From an uncultured Candidatus Saccharibacteria bacterium (GTDB taxonomy: Bacteria; Patescibacteriota; Minisyncoccia; Phycocordibacterales; UBA12088): DNA of 55,780 nt. The notes under the pieces are model-generated. The model was not told the origin of the DNA, did no database searches, and worked only from the letters and a program-made list of their open reading frames with translations. The first letter of the stretch is position 1. Every line of letters begins with the position of its first letter. Position numbers and translations under genes: made by a program. The stretch is taken from positions 1-55,780 of the forward strand of contig CAZWNC010000006.1 in the NCBI GenBank assembly GCA_964635195.1. Direction: 5' to 3'. This document shows, in pieces, positions 44,742-55,343 of this stretch.

Positions 44742-47700
44742 TTAGGCGGTAATGACAATACCTGTACTGCTCTCCGTATCTTCAGCGTCATGCCTACTGT
44801 AGGATGCACGAAGTTGAGCCTGAAGATCCTGAATTGCTTGATATTTTTTACTACCCTTATAGCCAGTACCTGCGGGAATGAGTCGACCAATGATGACGTT
44901 CTCTTTGAGACCGCGCAACGGATCAATCGTACCACGCACCGCATTGTTGATGAGAACGCGTGTCGTATTTTGGAAGCTTGAGGCCGAGAGCCAGCTCTTG
45001 CGAGTAAGCGAAACCTCCATGATACCCAGCAAGTGCGTCTCACCGACCGCTTCTTCGCCTCCTGTTTCGCGCATACGCACATTTTCACCGTTGAGCTCCC
45101 ATTCCTCCACCACCTCACCAACCGTGAGGGTTGTGTCGCCAGCAGAACGAACTTTTCGGCGAGAAAACATTTGTCGAATGATGACTTCCATGTGCTTACG
45201 ACTGATCGCAACACCCTGAAGCTCGTAAATCTTGCTCGTTTCAGCGATAATATATTCCTGCGTCTTCTCCCTGCCTGCAAGCTTGTAAAGCTCAGCCAAA
45301 TCTGCGGAACCATCGGAAAGGAAATCTCCCTTCTGTACCCTTTCCCCCTCTTTCACAAGACAGACGCGAGGGTAGTATATTGAATGTTCGACAGTGGAAC
45401 CCTTCTTGGTCGACCCTTCATCAGGAATGATCGATACAACCTTCTCATTTCCCACATCTTTCACTTCAGACACCATACCGGCGACTTCTGAAATGATCGC
45501 GGGACTCTTGGGTATACGCCGCTCGAACACCTCCTCCACGCGAGGAAGACCCTGCACCACGTCGGCACCTCCGGCGGCACCATGCTGGTGCTTCATGTTC
45601 ATGGTGAGCTGTGTACCGGGTTCGCCAATCGCCTGCGCGGCGACGGTTCCAACCGCTTCTCCGAGATCAACCGGCTCCCATGTCGTCACATCTGCGCCGT
45701 AGCACTTTTGACAGATACCGCTACCCAACGTACAGGTGAGAGGTGAACGAACTTTGACGGTCTCAATGTCGGACGCCTCAAGTGCACGTGCGAGAGCTTT
45801 GGTGATGTACTCACCACTCTTTGCATATACCACGTCTTTGCTATCACGCGCGTCTTCGGCAATAAACCTTCCTTGGATATTCTCTGAGAAATTTGCATCA
45901 AGACCAAACGCATTTTTTCTACCAAGTACAATCGATCCTGCCGTACCGCAATCTTCAGCTCGAATAATAGCGTCTTGCGCCACGTCGAAGAGTTTGCGCG
46001 TCAGGTATCCGGCACGAGCGGTGTTGAGTGCAGTATCGGCAAGACCCGAACGTGAACCGTGCGTAGTGGTAAAGTACTCAATCGGAGTCAATCCTTCTTT
46101 GTAATTGGCGATAATCGGAAATTCAATTGTCTCACGAGCGGTATTCTGAATGAGACCCTTCATACCCGCCATCTGCGTCAACTGACCCAAGGAACCGCGA
46201 GCACCGGAAATAACCAGGTCATGCACCGAACCTCTCGGGTCGATGGTTGCGGGTATTGCAGCTTCGATATCGCTCTTGGCCTTGTGCCATATCTCAATAA
46301 TAAAGCGCTTACGATCTGTACGGGATAGCAAACCCTCGGCATACTGACTTCGAACGAGCGACACCTGCTTCTTTGCCTCTTCGATGATTGCAGGCTTAAC
46401 GGCAGGCGTCTGAATTTCGTTCAGTGACCAGGTGACACCCGAGCGAGTTGCGTAGGTGAAACCGAAATTCTTAATCTTGTCCACAATAGCGGGAATATGC
46501 TCCAACGAATAGTGGTCAATGAGGTCGTTAATCAACCGAACGAGGCGCGACTTCTTCATCTCTTCGTTCAAGTACGGATACTCCCTTGGGAGAACGGAAT
46601 TGAAAAGCAATCGACCGACTGTGGTTTCGAATATCTTATCATTGAACTGTGCATACTTTGGACTGTCGGTACCCAATACTTTTATCTTTGCCCGGAAGTC
46701 AACCACGCCGTAATCATAGGCGCTAATTGCTTCGTTCGGACTCGTGAACCATTTTCCTTCACCGAGACAGCCGTCAATCTCCTTGGTCATCCAGTAGCAA
46801 CCGAGCACGATGTCTTGTGCCATAGCGACAACCGGTGCTCCGTTACCGGGCTTAAGAATATTTCGGTTTGCACTCATGTATGAGCGCGCTTCAAGCTGAG
46901 CCTCCTCGGAAAGCGGAACGTGTACGGCCATCTGGTCACCATCGAAGTCGGCATTGAATGCGGGGCAAACCAATGGGTGAATACGAATCGCGTTCCCTTC
47001 AATGAGAAGCGGGCGAAACGCCTGAATACCAAGTCGGTGCAAAGTCGGTGCGCGGTTAAGTAGGACATACTTGTCTTTGATGACCTCTTCCAGGATAGCC
47101 CACACTTCGGGCATCGCTTCTTCAACAAGTCGTCCCGCCCCACGAATGTTGAAAGCGAGTTCTCGTTCAAGAAGTTTCGCAATCACAAACGGGCGGAAGA
47201 GTTCAAGCGCCATATGCTTTGGCAAACCGCACTGATCGAGATTGAGCTCCGGACCGACCACAATAACCGAACGTCCGGAGTAATCGACACGCTTACCAAG
47301 CAAGTTCTGACGGAAATATCCCTGCTTGCCCTTAATGTAGTCGGAAAGCGACTTCAACGGTCGTCGCTGTGCCATACTCATTGCACCACTTTGCGAACCA
47401 TGTCGAATGGAATTGTCTATGAGCGCATCAACCGCCTCCTGCAATATGCGTTTCTCGTTACGCAGAATCACCTCCGGCGCATGAATATCCATGAGTTTTT
47501 TGAGGCGATTATTTCGGTTGATGACGCGGCGATATAGGTCATTGGCGTCTGAGCTCGCGTGACGACCTCCTTCGAGTGCAACCATAGGGCGTAGTGCCGG
47601 AGGTGACACGGGTAGTACAGTAAGGAACATCCACTCGGGACGAAGCATTGCGCGATCAAGCTGACGAACCAAACCAAGTCGTTTGTTGATCTTTATCTTT

Positions 47701-48464
47701 TCTCCCGCCGATGCTTTGTCACGTTCTTCCGTCAGTTGTGCAGCGAGCTTCTTAAGATCCATCTGCTTGAAAAGTTCGTAGATAGCCTCAGCACCGATAG
47801 AAGCTTCAAACACGGTACCATACCGAATGGAGTATCGATGGTACGTCTGTTCATCAATAATCTGCCCCACATGCATACCAACCACCTCATTCTTTACTTC
47901 CTGCAGCTTGTCTTTCAGTCGAGTCTGCTCTTCCTCAGTCGATGCGCTCTTGGATTTTGCCTTGAACTCTGCATCAATATCGGCGAGCACACGAGCACTC
48001 TCTTTCGCATCAACCTTCACGATAATGTAACTTGCAAAATACACTACCTTCTCAATGTCAGCACCGGAAACACCCATGAGTGTAGCGATACGTGACGGAA
48101 TACCTCGCAAAAACCAGATGTGCGCTACTGGACCTGCAAGTTCAATATGCCCGCTTCGCTCACGACGCACAATACTGCGCGTTACTTCAACACCACACCG
48201 GTCACATACGATGCCTTTGTACCTGATGCCTTTGTACTTACCGCAAAAACATTCGAAATCGCGGGTCGGACCGAAAATACGCTCGTCAAAAAGACCGTTC
48301 TTTTCGGCACGCTGCGTACGATAGTTGATTGTTTCCGGCTTCGTCACTTCGCCACACGAGCACTCACGGATACGCTCCGGACTCGCGATCGCCAGACGTA
48401 CAGCACTGAAATTGTCTGTTTGTGTTGATTTGGTTTCTCGCATAATGGGTACGCCCGGAGGCAT
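44742..48464 (-). CDS. rpoC: DNA-directed RNA polymerase subunit beta'
   Basis: 1240 aa. Zinc-binding CFCGKY..C..CGVEV and the catalytic NADFDGDQM. Confidence 0.97.
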   Translation of the reverse strand: MPPGVPIMRETKSTQTDNFSAVRLAIASPERIRECSCGEVTKPETINYRTQRAEKNGLFDERIFGPTRDFECFCGKYKGIRYKGIVCDRCGVEVTRSIVRRERSGHIELAGPVAHIWFLRGIPSRIATLMGVSGADIEKVVYFASYIIVKVDAKESARVLADIDAEFKAKSKSASTEEEQTRLKDKLQEVKNEVVGMHVGQIIDEQTYHRYSIRYGTVFEASIGAEAIYELFKQMDLKKLAAQLTEERDKASAGEKIKINKRLGLVRQLDRAMLRPEWMFLTVLPVSPPALRPMVALEGGRHASSDANDLYRRVINRNNRLKKLMDIHAPEVILRNEKRILQEAVDALIDNSIRHGSQSGAMSMAQRRPLKSLSDYIKGKQGYFRQNLLGKRVDYSGRSVIVVGPELNLDQCGLPKHMALELFRPFVIAKLLERELAFNIRGAGRLVEEAMPEVWAILEEVIKDKYVLLNRAPTLHRLGIQAFRPLLIEGNAIRIHPLVCPAFNADFDGDQMAVHVPLSEEAQLEARSYMSANRNILKPGNGAPVVAMAQDIVLGCYWMTKEIDGCLGEGKWFTSPNEAISAYDYGVVDFRAKIKVLGTDSPKYAQFNDKIFETTVGRLLFNSVLPREYPYLNEEMKKSRLVRLINDLIDHYSLEHIPAIVDKIKNFGFTYATRSGVTWSLNEIQTPAVKPAIIEEAKKQVSLVRSQYAEGLLSRTDRKRFIIEIWHKAKSDIEAAIPATIDPRGSVHDLVISGARGSLGQLTQMAGMKGLIQNTARETIEFPIIANYKEGLTPIEYFTTTHGSRSGLADTALNTARAGYLTRKLFDVAQDAIIRAEDCGTAGSIVLGRKNAFGLDANFSENIQGRFIAEDARDSKDVVYAKSGEYITKALARALEASDIETVKVRSPLTCTLGSGICQKCYGADVTTWEPVDLGEAVGTVAAQAIGEPGTQLTMNMKHQHGAAGGADVVQGLPRVEEVFERRIPKSPAIISEVAGMVSEVKDVGNEKVVSIIPDEGSTKKGSTVEHSIYYPRVCLVKEGERVQKGDFLSDGSADLAELYKLAGREKTQEYIIAETSKIYELQGVAISRKHMEVIIRQMFSRRKVRSAGDTTLTVGEVVEEWELNGENVRMRETGGEEAVGETHLLGIMEVSLTRKSWLSASSFQNTTRVLINNAVRGTIDPLRGLKENVIIGRLIPAGTGYKGSKKYQAIQDLQAQLRASYSRHDAEDTESSTGIVITA

Positions 48465-51400
48465 TAGTTGGTAGGTCTGTTGTTGATATCTTGTTCGGAA
48501 AGCAATCGCACATCGAGTGCAAGTGCGCGCATATGATGCAAGAGGACGTTGAACGCGGCGGGTGTGTTCGTATGTTCCACTCGATTGCCGCGTACGATAG
48601 CGTCAAAGGCGCTCGATCGTCCCTGAATGTCATCCGACTTGATCGTGAGCATTTCACGCAAGGTGTATGCGGCACCGTAACCAAGCAAAGCCCACACCTC
48701 CATTTCTCCAAAACGCTGACCGCCATTCTGCGCTTTACCGCCAAGAGGTTGCTGCGTAATGAGTGAGTACGGACCGATTGAGCGCATGTGAATCTTATCT
48801 TCAACCATGTGATGTAACTTCATGATGTACATGTACCCGATTGCAATCTTCTGGTCGAAACGCTCACCGGTTCGACCATCTCGCAGCATCACCTTTCCAT
48901 CTTCAGAGAAACCTGCAGCGACAAGCTCTTCACGGATTTCCTCTTCATTTGCACCCGCAAACGGTGGGCAAATGGCCTGATAACCAAGTGTGTGTGCGGA
49001 AAGTCCAAGATGGAGTTCAAGAATCTGACCCAGGTTCATTCGGCTAGGCACACCGAGCGGAGTCAGGATCACGTCAATCGGTGTTCCGTCCTCCATGTAG
49101 GGCATGTCTTCCTCAGGCAAAATGCGAGAAATAACACCCTTGTTACCATGACGACCGGCAAGCTTGTCTCCAACCGAAACATTACGAACCTGAGCGACCG
49201 TCACATGAACTTTCTTAAGAACACCGGACTGCAACATGTCACCGTTCTCACGGCTAAAGATGCGCACGGATACGACTCGTCCGCGCTTACCACCTTCGAG
49301 GCGCAAGCTAGTGTCCTTTACGTCTTTCGCTTTCTCACCAAAAATCGAACGGAGTAAACGCTCTTCGGGTGTCAGCTGGCTCTCACCCTTTGGTGTAACC
49401 TTGCCAACAAGAATGTCACCGGTGTGTACCTCCGCACCGATACGAACAACTCCCTCTTCGTCGAGATTTTTAAGCTTGTTTTCACCAACGTTCGGAATAT
49501 CATGCGTGGTGACTTCCGGCCCGAGCTTGGTATCACGAACAACACATTCAAATTCCTCCATGTGTATGGAACTGAACTTTGCATTTTTAACCAGCCGTTC
49601 GGAGATGATAATCGCATCTTCATAGTTGGCACCACTCCAGGGCATAAACGCGGAAAGTACATTTTGACCCAATGCAAGCTGGCCTTGGACGGTCGAGCTG
49701 GTGTCGGCAAGTAGCTCACCCTTTTTCACCTTATCTCCCTTATTGACAACAGGTCGCTGATAGAAACACGACATGTCGTTCGTTCTGCTGAAACTGACGA
49801 GTGGGTATCGTACCGGTTTACCTTCCTTCGGAGAAATGACAATGTGTGAGGCATCAATTGCTGTCACTTCTCCCGCCTCTCGCGCCAACACCAGCCGACC
49901 GGTGTCGATTGCCGCCTTACTCTCAATACCGGTACCAACGAGTGGTACCTCCGGAGCAACACATGGCGTTGCTTGTTTCTGCATGTTGCTACCCATGAGT
50001 GCGCGGTTGGCATCGTCATGTTCCAAGAATGGAATCATGCTGGTTGCAACCGAGAACGGCTGCGTCGTAGCGACGTCCATGTATTCCACATCATCGCGCG
50101 AGACCAAGCGCGGTTCACCATAACGACGCACCTCAATCTGGTCTTCAAGAATGCGCCCCTTATCATCAAGTACCGTGGCCGCATGCGCAATCGATGCGCT
50201 TTCCTCCTCGAGCGCGTTCAAGTAAATGATCTCACTGGTGACGACACCCTTTACCACCTTAACGTACGGAGTTTGAATGAAGCCGAAACGATCGATCATG
50301 CTGTAATTTGCAAGCTGCAAAATGAGACCGATGTTCGGACCCTCAGGAGTATGAATCGGACATACGCGACCGTAATGTGACGGGTGCACGTCGCGCACTT
50401 CAAAGCCGGCACGTTCACGGGTCAGACCACCCGGCCCCAACGCTGATACGCGACGCAAGTGCTCCAGCTCCGTGAGCATATTCTGCTGCTGCATAAATTG
50501 TGACAACTGGTTTGTGGTGAAGAATTCTTTGATAGCAGCCTGAAGCGGACGCGGATTCACGATCGTGACCGGCGAGCTCGTTTCAGGCTCGATGGTACTC
50601 ATACGATCCTGAATGTTACGCTTCATGCGTGATACACCGACACGCACTTTTTGTTGCATCATTTCACCGACAAAACGCACGCGACGAAACCCTAGGTGAT
50701 CGATGTCGTCCGCAACTGCTTTTGAGTCATGATTCAGGGCTATGATGTGAGAAACAATCAAAACGAGATCATCGATTGTGACTGTACGCACCGCCATTTC
50801 CTTTTCTCCCATCGGTCGCTTAAAACGAGCGTTGAAACGGTGCCGTCCCACCTCGGAGAGATCGTATCGTTCCGTCCCGAATACTGAGCGAACAAAGTCA
50901 CGAGCTGTTTCAGGAGTCGCAATGTCACCGTCACGCATGCGTCGATACATTTCGACAAAAGCATCCGTCGAACTCTTCGCCGGATCTTTCTCAAGTGTAG
51001 TTTTCATCCACTGCTCCGCATGCTCGTTCGAAGCAAAGCGAGCAAGTATGTCTGCATTGTTTTCAGCACCCAATATACGCAAGTATGAGGTGACCGGGAT
51101 TTTACGTTTGCGATCAACACGTACATAAATCGCACCGTCCGCTTCCGAGTCAATTTCGATCCAAACACCTCTGCCTGGAATAATCTTTGCACCAAAATAC
51201 GTATTACCCTTGATGACCTGTGAGGTGAAAAAGATGCCGGAACTTCGCGCAAGCTGTGGCACCACCACACGTTCGACTCCGTTTATAATGAACGTGCCAT
51301 GATTCGTCATCATCGGAAAATCCGCAAGGAATATCTCTTGCGTGTTTTCAGTGCTCAATGTTTTATTCTTAAGTCGTATATGCGCCTTAAGCGGAACCTC

Positions 51401-51655
51401 ATACGTACGCATGTTCTCTTTTGCATAGTATTCATCGAACTGAGGCTCTCCGAGAGTAAATGATTCGAAGAAGAGGTCGAATTTCTTTTCGCCATAGTCA
51501 CGTATGGGAGAAAATTCTTTAAAAACTTCACTGATTCCTTCTTTTATCAACCAGTCAAAGCTGGTGAGCTGGGGCTCTACCAGATTTGGAATCTTAGTGC
51601 TTGGCGCGCGATACCGTTTGAACGTCTTTTGCTTGAGAGCGGTTGTGTGTGACAT
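48464..51655 (-). CDS. rpoB: DNA-directed RNA polymerase subunit beta
   Basis: 1063 aa with conserved RpoB blocks (GRHGNKGVIS, FGEMEVWAL). Its stop overlaps the rpoC ATG (TAATG). Confidence 0.97.
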   Translation of the reverse strand: MSHTTALKQKTFKRYRAPSTKIPNLVEPQLTSFDWLIKEGISEVFKEFSPIRDYGEKKFDLFFESFTLGEPQFDEYYAKENMRTYEVPLKAHIRLKNKTLSTENTQEIFLADFPMMTNHGTFIINGVERVVVPQLARSSGIFFTSQVIKGNTYFGAKIIPGRGVWIEIDSEADGAIYVRVDRKRKIPVTSYLRILGAENNADILARFASNEHAEQWMKTTLEKDPAKSSTDAFVEMYRRMRDGDIATPETARDFVRSVFGTERYDLSEVGRHRFNARFKRPMGEKEMAVRTVTIDDLVLIVSHIIALNHDSKAVADDIDHLGFRRVRFVGEMMQQKVRVGVSRMKRNIQDRMSTIEPETSSPVTIVNPRPLQAAIKEFFTTNQLSQFMQQQNMLTELEHLRRVSALGPGGLTRERAGFEVRDVHPSHYGRVCPIHTPEGPNIGLILQLANYSMIDRFGFIQTPYVKVVKGVVTSEIIYLNALEEESASIAHAATVLDDKGRILEDQIEVRRYGEPRLVSRDDVEYMDVATTQPFSVATSMIPFLEHDDANRALMGSNMQKQATPCVAPEVPLVGTGIESKAAIDTGRLVLAREAGEVTAIDASHIVISPKEGKPVRYPLVSFSRTNDMSCFYQRPVVNKGDKVKKGELLADTSSTVQGQLALGQNVLSAFMPWSGANYEDAIIISERLVKNAKFSSIHMEEFECVVRDTKLGPEVTTHDIPNVGENKLKNLDEEGVVRIGAEVHTGDILVGKVTPKGESQLTPEERLLRSIFGEKAKDVKDTSLRLEGGKRGRVVSVRIFSRENGDMLQSGVLKKVHVTVAQVRNVSVGDKLAGRHGNKGVISRILPEEDMPYMEDGTPIDVILTPLGVPSRMNLGQILELHLGLSAHTLGYQAICPPFAGANEEEIREELVAAGFSEDGKVMLRDGRTGERFDQKIAIGYMYIMKLHHMVEDKIHMRSIGPYSLITQQPLGGKAQNGGQRFGEMEVWALLGYGAAYTLREMLTIKSDDIQGRSSAFDAIVRGNRVEHTNTPAAFNVLLHHMRALALDVRLLSEQDINNRPTN

Positions 51656-51705
51656 ACGTGAGCGAACGTTTATGAATAAAGACGCTTATAACCACCACAG
51701 TACGC

Positions 51706-51728
51706 AAAAAGCCCTCGAATAGAGAGGG
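51706..51728 (-). terminator. weak hairpin plus U-run in the rpoB leader (possible attenuator or trmD terminator)
   Basis: The minus strand reads CCCTC-tctattc-GAGGG followed by CTTTTTG. The stem is only 5 bp. Confidence 0.25.
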
Positions 51729-51846
51729 GTGCTGCTATGCGCGATTGTAATGGTGCATTGACACTACGAGTGTGTTTAATAGAGCTGGTAATACACGATC
51801 GACTCTCTATACAGCCAAAACTCACTCACCAGAGATACATACTCTA

Positions 51847-51874
51847 ATTATAGTCAATAGAGGGCAAATGTCAA
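51847..51874 (-). promoter_or_regulatory. near-consensus sigma70 promoter upstream of rpoB
   Basis: The minus strand reads TTGACA (51874-51869), a 16-nt spacer, then TATAAT (51852-51847). It lies about 190 nt upstream of the rpoB ATG. Confidence 0.55.
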
Positions 51875-51930
51875 GTGCGGTCAACCCCTCATACCCAAAA
51901 ACTGTGGATAAGTGGTCTTCGTGTTTCGCA

Positions 51931-52602
51931 TCACTCCAATTTCCACTTTTCAATCTCCTTATGATTTCCACTCAAAAGGATGGCGGGCACCTTATATTCC
52001 TTTCCTTTCCATTTCAACACTTCAGGCCTGGTGTAGACGTTTCCAGACGCCACACGCCGCTCTTCCACAGATTCTTCATGCCCAAGCACTCCCGGCAAAC
52101 GACGCGTGACACAATCGAGCACAACCATGGCAGGCAACTCACCTCCGGTGAGTGTATACGGACCAACCGAGAGCGACTCGGCATCCAGTATCTCTTTCAC
52201 CCGGGCATCCACCCCCTCATACCTACCACAGATCATGACAATATGTTTGACTGTTTGTGCCATTTCTTCTGCATGCTCCGTATTGAACTGCACCCCTCCC
52301 GGCTCAAAGAAAAGAACACGCACCTTGCTGCGGTCTTTTCGACCAATCGCCTTTTGTGCGGCCTTCAAGACACTCTCCGCTTCAAGTACCATACCCGGTC
52401 CGCCACCATACGGCCTGCGGTCCACTCGCGAAAGTGTGTACGGACTTTTGTTGGCATTCTTTTTACCTGGTTTCGGGGTAAAATCGCGCGGGTTGTAAAA
52501 CGACACCACAATCTGCTTGCGTTCGATTGCGCGTTTCATAATGGACTCACCGAGGTACGAGTCAAATGCCGCAGGAAAGAGAGTAATGATATGAAAGTGC
52601 AT
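51931..52602 (-). CDS. trmD: tRNA (guanine37-N1)-methyltransferase
   Basis: MHFHIITLFPAAFDSYL and CGRYEGVDARV..SVGPYTLTGGELPA (SPOUT knot). Confidence 0.93.
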   Translation of the reverse strand: MHFHIITLFPAAFDSYLGESIMKRAIERKQIVVSFYNPRDFTPKPGKKNANKSPYTLSRVDRRPYGGGPGMVLEAESVLKAAQKAIGRKDRSKVRVLFFEPGGVQFNTEHAEEMAQTVKHIVMICGRYEGVDARVKEILDAESLSVGPYTLTGGELPAMVVLDCVTRRLPGVLGHEESVEERRVASGNVYTRPEVLKWKGKEYKVPAILLSGNHKEIEKWKLE

Positions 52603-52624
52603 AGTACGCGAGATAGTGTAACAC

Positions 52625-53074
52625 CTACTTCAATTTATCGTGGTACTTTTTCAGAAAAAATGGGAATTGAGAATGAAGTGGCGATGGAAATGTGTCAAGT
52701 GTAAACCAATCTACAGCATCAAACTTATGCGGCTCAGCGTTGTATACCATCGAGCGATTAACCAACACCTTAAAGTCAAGCGCTATCCAATGCGTTCTTT
52801 TTTCAGCGTACTCGCGATGCACGTCGCGATACCCTAAAAACTCAAACGAAATGACTTCTGTACCGTACTCTTCGCGTATTTCTTTATGAAGAGTTTCTTC
52901 CACCGTATCGTACTGCTCAAGCGCACCGCCGCCCGAATCCCATCGGCCCTGTTCGTCACGACAGTTCATACCACGTTTGCTCAACAGTATGTTTCCATGA
53001 CCATCGTGACACAAAAACCCTATAGCTACACCGATACAATCAATGCCATTTTGCACATTCGTCCTCTCCATCAT
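52625..53074 (-). CDS. NUDIX hydrolase
   Basis: Nudix box GGGALEQYDTVEETLHKEIREEYG (Gx5Ex7REUxEExGU). Confidence 0.8.
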   Translation of the reverse strand: MMERTNVQNGIDCIGVAIGFLCHDGHGNILLSKRGMNCRDEQGRWDSGGGALEQYDTVEETLHKEIREEYGTEVISFEFLGYRDVHREYAEKRTHWIALDFKVLVNRSMVYNAEPHKFDAVDWFTLDTFPSPLHSQFPFFLKKYHDKLK

Positions 53075-53168
53075 AATTTCACTGTACCATGCTCCATTAC
53101 ACCATGCCAGCTATATGCCAAACAGCACCCTTGTGGGGTGCTGTTTTTTTAGAATAGCAATAACAGTA

Positions 53169-53513
53169 TTATATCTTGAGATCCGCCATCGCTTCGTCAA
53201 GCGAACGAGCGACTTCACTCGTCGCTGAGCCCTCTACTTCCACTTGCTGCTGCGAGCGAAGGCCACCAACCGGTTCATTTATCTTCAGATTTACCCGCGA
53301 GTTGTTCTTCATACCAACAACGCGCAAGAGTGTGCGTATCGCCTTTGCGGTGTTACCGCTGCGTCCGATAATTTTCCCCATGTCTTCCGCATGCACGTCG
53401 AGTGTGAGGAGAACGCCCATCTCATCGACTGTACGCTCCACCTTGACCGCTTCAGGATGGTCTACCAAGCCTTTAACCACGAACTCCAGAAATTCCTTGT
53501 CTTCCTGCTGCAT
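53169..53513 (-). CDS. KH-domain RNA-binding protein (YlqC/UPF0109)
   Basis: LVDHPEAVKV...DMGKIIGRSGNTAKAIRTLL is typical of YlqC. It sits next to rpsP, its conserved position. Confidence 0.8.
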   Translation of the reverse strand: MQQEDKEFLEFVVKGLVDHPEAVKVERTVDEMGVLLTLDVHAEDMGKIIGRSGNTAKAIRTLLRVVGMKNNSRVNLKINEPVGGLRSQQQVEVEGSATSEVARSLDEAMADLKI

Positions 53514-53614
53514 ACACGTTTGTATTATTACTGTATAAGGCCGTCAGGTGTACTACTGACAAGCACCATTGTACCTGCTTATCCCTCGACTGTAAATCGC
53601 ACGTTGCGTACAGC

Positions 53615-53911
53615 CTATTTCGCAGCAGACTCCTTGGTCGATACGGGAGATTTTTTGGGAAGCACCTTGTCGCTCTTTATAATACCATTCGTGACAAACA
53701 AGTTGTGCACAGTATCGGAAGGCTGTGCTCCTTTTCCAATCCACTCAATCGCGCGCTCAGCATCAATAGTCACCGTGTTGGTGTGTGGATTGTATGCACC
53801 CAAATGAGCAACATATCGAGCACTGGTGGTCGAGCGAGTATGCTCGCTTACCACAACGCGAAATTCCGCATGATTGCGCCTTCCGACGCGTTGAAGTCGT
53901 ATCTTTAACAT
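53615..53911 (-). CDS. rpsP: 30S ribosomal protein S16
   Basis: MLKIRLQRVGRRNHAEFRVVV from the ATG at 53911. The ORF-track extension to 53953 would overlap the upstream gene. Confidence 0.9.
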   Translation of the reverse strand: MLKIRLQRVGRRNHAEFRVVVSEHTRSTTSARYVAHLGAYNPHTNTVTIDAERAIEWIGKGAQPSDTVHNLFVTNGIIKSDKVLPKKSPVSTKESAAK

Positions 53912-53942
53912 AGTGGTGAGTACTCTACCAGAGTGCCGGACT

Positions 53943-55229
53943 CTAGTCAACAAGAATAGTGGGACTTGTGGTGGACAGGTGTTCAGCGGCTACAGGCGTC
54001 GGTTCCGGAAGTACACCGGTCTGTAAGAACCTCAGCGCCGCATCGAGCTGCGGGTCGCGCTCTTGTTCGACATCTTCCGCCGTACGTTCAATGACCACAT
54101 CCGGCGTAAGCCCACCCGCTGAAATCGATATACCGTCAGGTGTCAACCATCGTGCTATGGTAACCTTGAGGGACGTTTCCGGGGTGATTTCTAAGAGTTC
54201 TTGCACAGAACCTTTCCCGAAAGTTCTTGTTCCGATGAGGGTAGCTCGATTGTGTGCACTCAATGCACCCGCCAAGATCTCAGATGCTGATGCTGACCCG
54301 CCGTCGACTAGTACCACAACGGGTACATCATCCCGAATGATGCCGTACCCCTTGGAACGATGCACCCGCTCATTACCACCACCATCAGACTCGGTCACCA
54401 CGACCGCACCCATCGGTAGGAAGTAGCTCGCAATCTCAACCGCCGAATCGAGGTATCCCCCCGGATTGCCCCGCAAGTCAAGTACGAGTCCAGCATACTC
54501 TTTCTGCAAAAAACGCTTGAGTGCGGTGCGCATCTCCGACTCTGCCGTACCTCCGAAGTTAAAGAGTGCAACTGATAGGATATGTCCCTCATGCTCCTGC
54601 GTTTCGAGTGTGGGAATCTCGATTATCTCGCGAACAACGGGTATCTCCAAAAATTCACTTTCGCCTTCTCGAGCAATCTTGAACACCACCTCTCTACCAA
54701 CCTCACCACGTATCCGCTCGATCGCCTCATCGACTGACATCGTCTGTGTCGATATGCCATCAATCGCTGCAATGATATCTCCCGATCGCAAACCGGCACG
54801 CTCGCCAGGTGTGCCGCGCAGTGGCGCAATGACTGTGAGCGCTCCGTCGCGCATACCTATCTCGATACCGACACCGCCAAAACTGCCACTGATCTCCTCC
54901 TCGAACTGGCGACTCGCTCGAGGGGGCATGAAAGCGGTGTATGGATCGCCATATGATGCCGCAAGACCTTCTATCATTCCCCACACGCGATCTTGTTCGG
55001 TAAGTTGCTCACTGGTTGTGGCCGTTGCGACAAAACGCTCTTCGAGCAGTCGCCACGCCTTCCACACCGGATCAAGATCAACGTACTGGGGAACCTGCTC
55101 GGATCCACTCAGGAGTAGTGTCGCTTGAGACATGCGTCCGCCGAACAACGCACCGAGAAAAAACGCTGTAAAAATTCCCAAAGCGATTCCCGCGATACGC
55201 GCGCTTCCTTTCAGTAACATACGCGGCAT
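53943..55229 (-). CDS. S41 family C-terminal processing peptidase with PDZ domain
   Basis: N-terminal TM helix, PDZ (GERAGLRSGDIIAAIDG), LDLRGNPGGYLD, and catalytic SASASEILAGAL...GTRTFGKGSVQ. Confidence 0.88.
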   Translation of the reverse strand: MPRMLLKGSARIAGIALGIFTAFFLGALFGGRMSQATLLLSGSEQVPQYVDLDPVWKAWRLLEERFVATATTSEQLTEQDRVWGMIEGLAASYGDPYTAFMPPRASRQFEEEISGSFGGVGIEIGMRDGALTVIAPLRGTPGERAGLRSGDIIAAIDGISTQTMSVDEAIERIRGEVGREVVFKIAREGESEFLEIPVVREIIEIPTLETQEHEGHILSVALFNFGGTAESEMRTALKRFLQKEYAGLVLDLRGNPGGYLDSAVEIASYFLPMGAVVVTESDGGGNERVHRSKGYGIIRDDVPVVVLVDGGSASASEILAGALSAHNRATLIGTRTFGKGSVQELLEITPETSLKVTIARWLTPDGISISAGGLTPDVVIERTAEDVEQERDPQLDAALRFLQTGVLPEPTPVAAEHLSTTSPTILVD

Positions 55230-55343
55230 AATACCATGCGGAAGGGTTTCTGTGCCACACGAGAGTTATGCGCGCATCCGCTATCCACCACAGATGCCGC
55301 AGACGGGTTCGCTACTCACGCACCTATTGGTATACTGCATACA

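Noticed and set aside
44675-45313. 212-aa minus-strand ORF at the 3' end of rpoC
   Set aside because: It is an alternative frame of rpoC, Arg/Ser-rich, with no independent support.
51772-52704. 310-aa ORF on the plus strand
   Set aside because: It is entirely antisense to trmD and the NUDIX gene, which have clear family motifs. Its composition is H/R/F/C-rich and looks like a shadow frame. No family signal.
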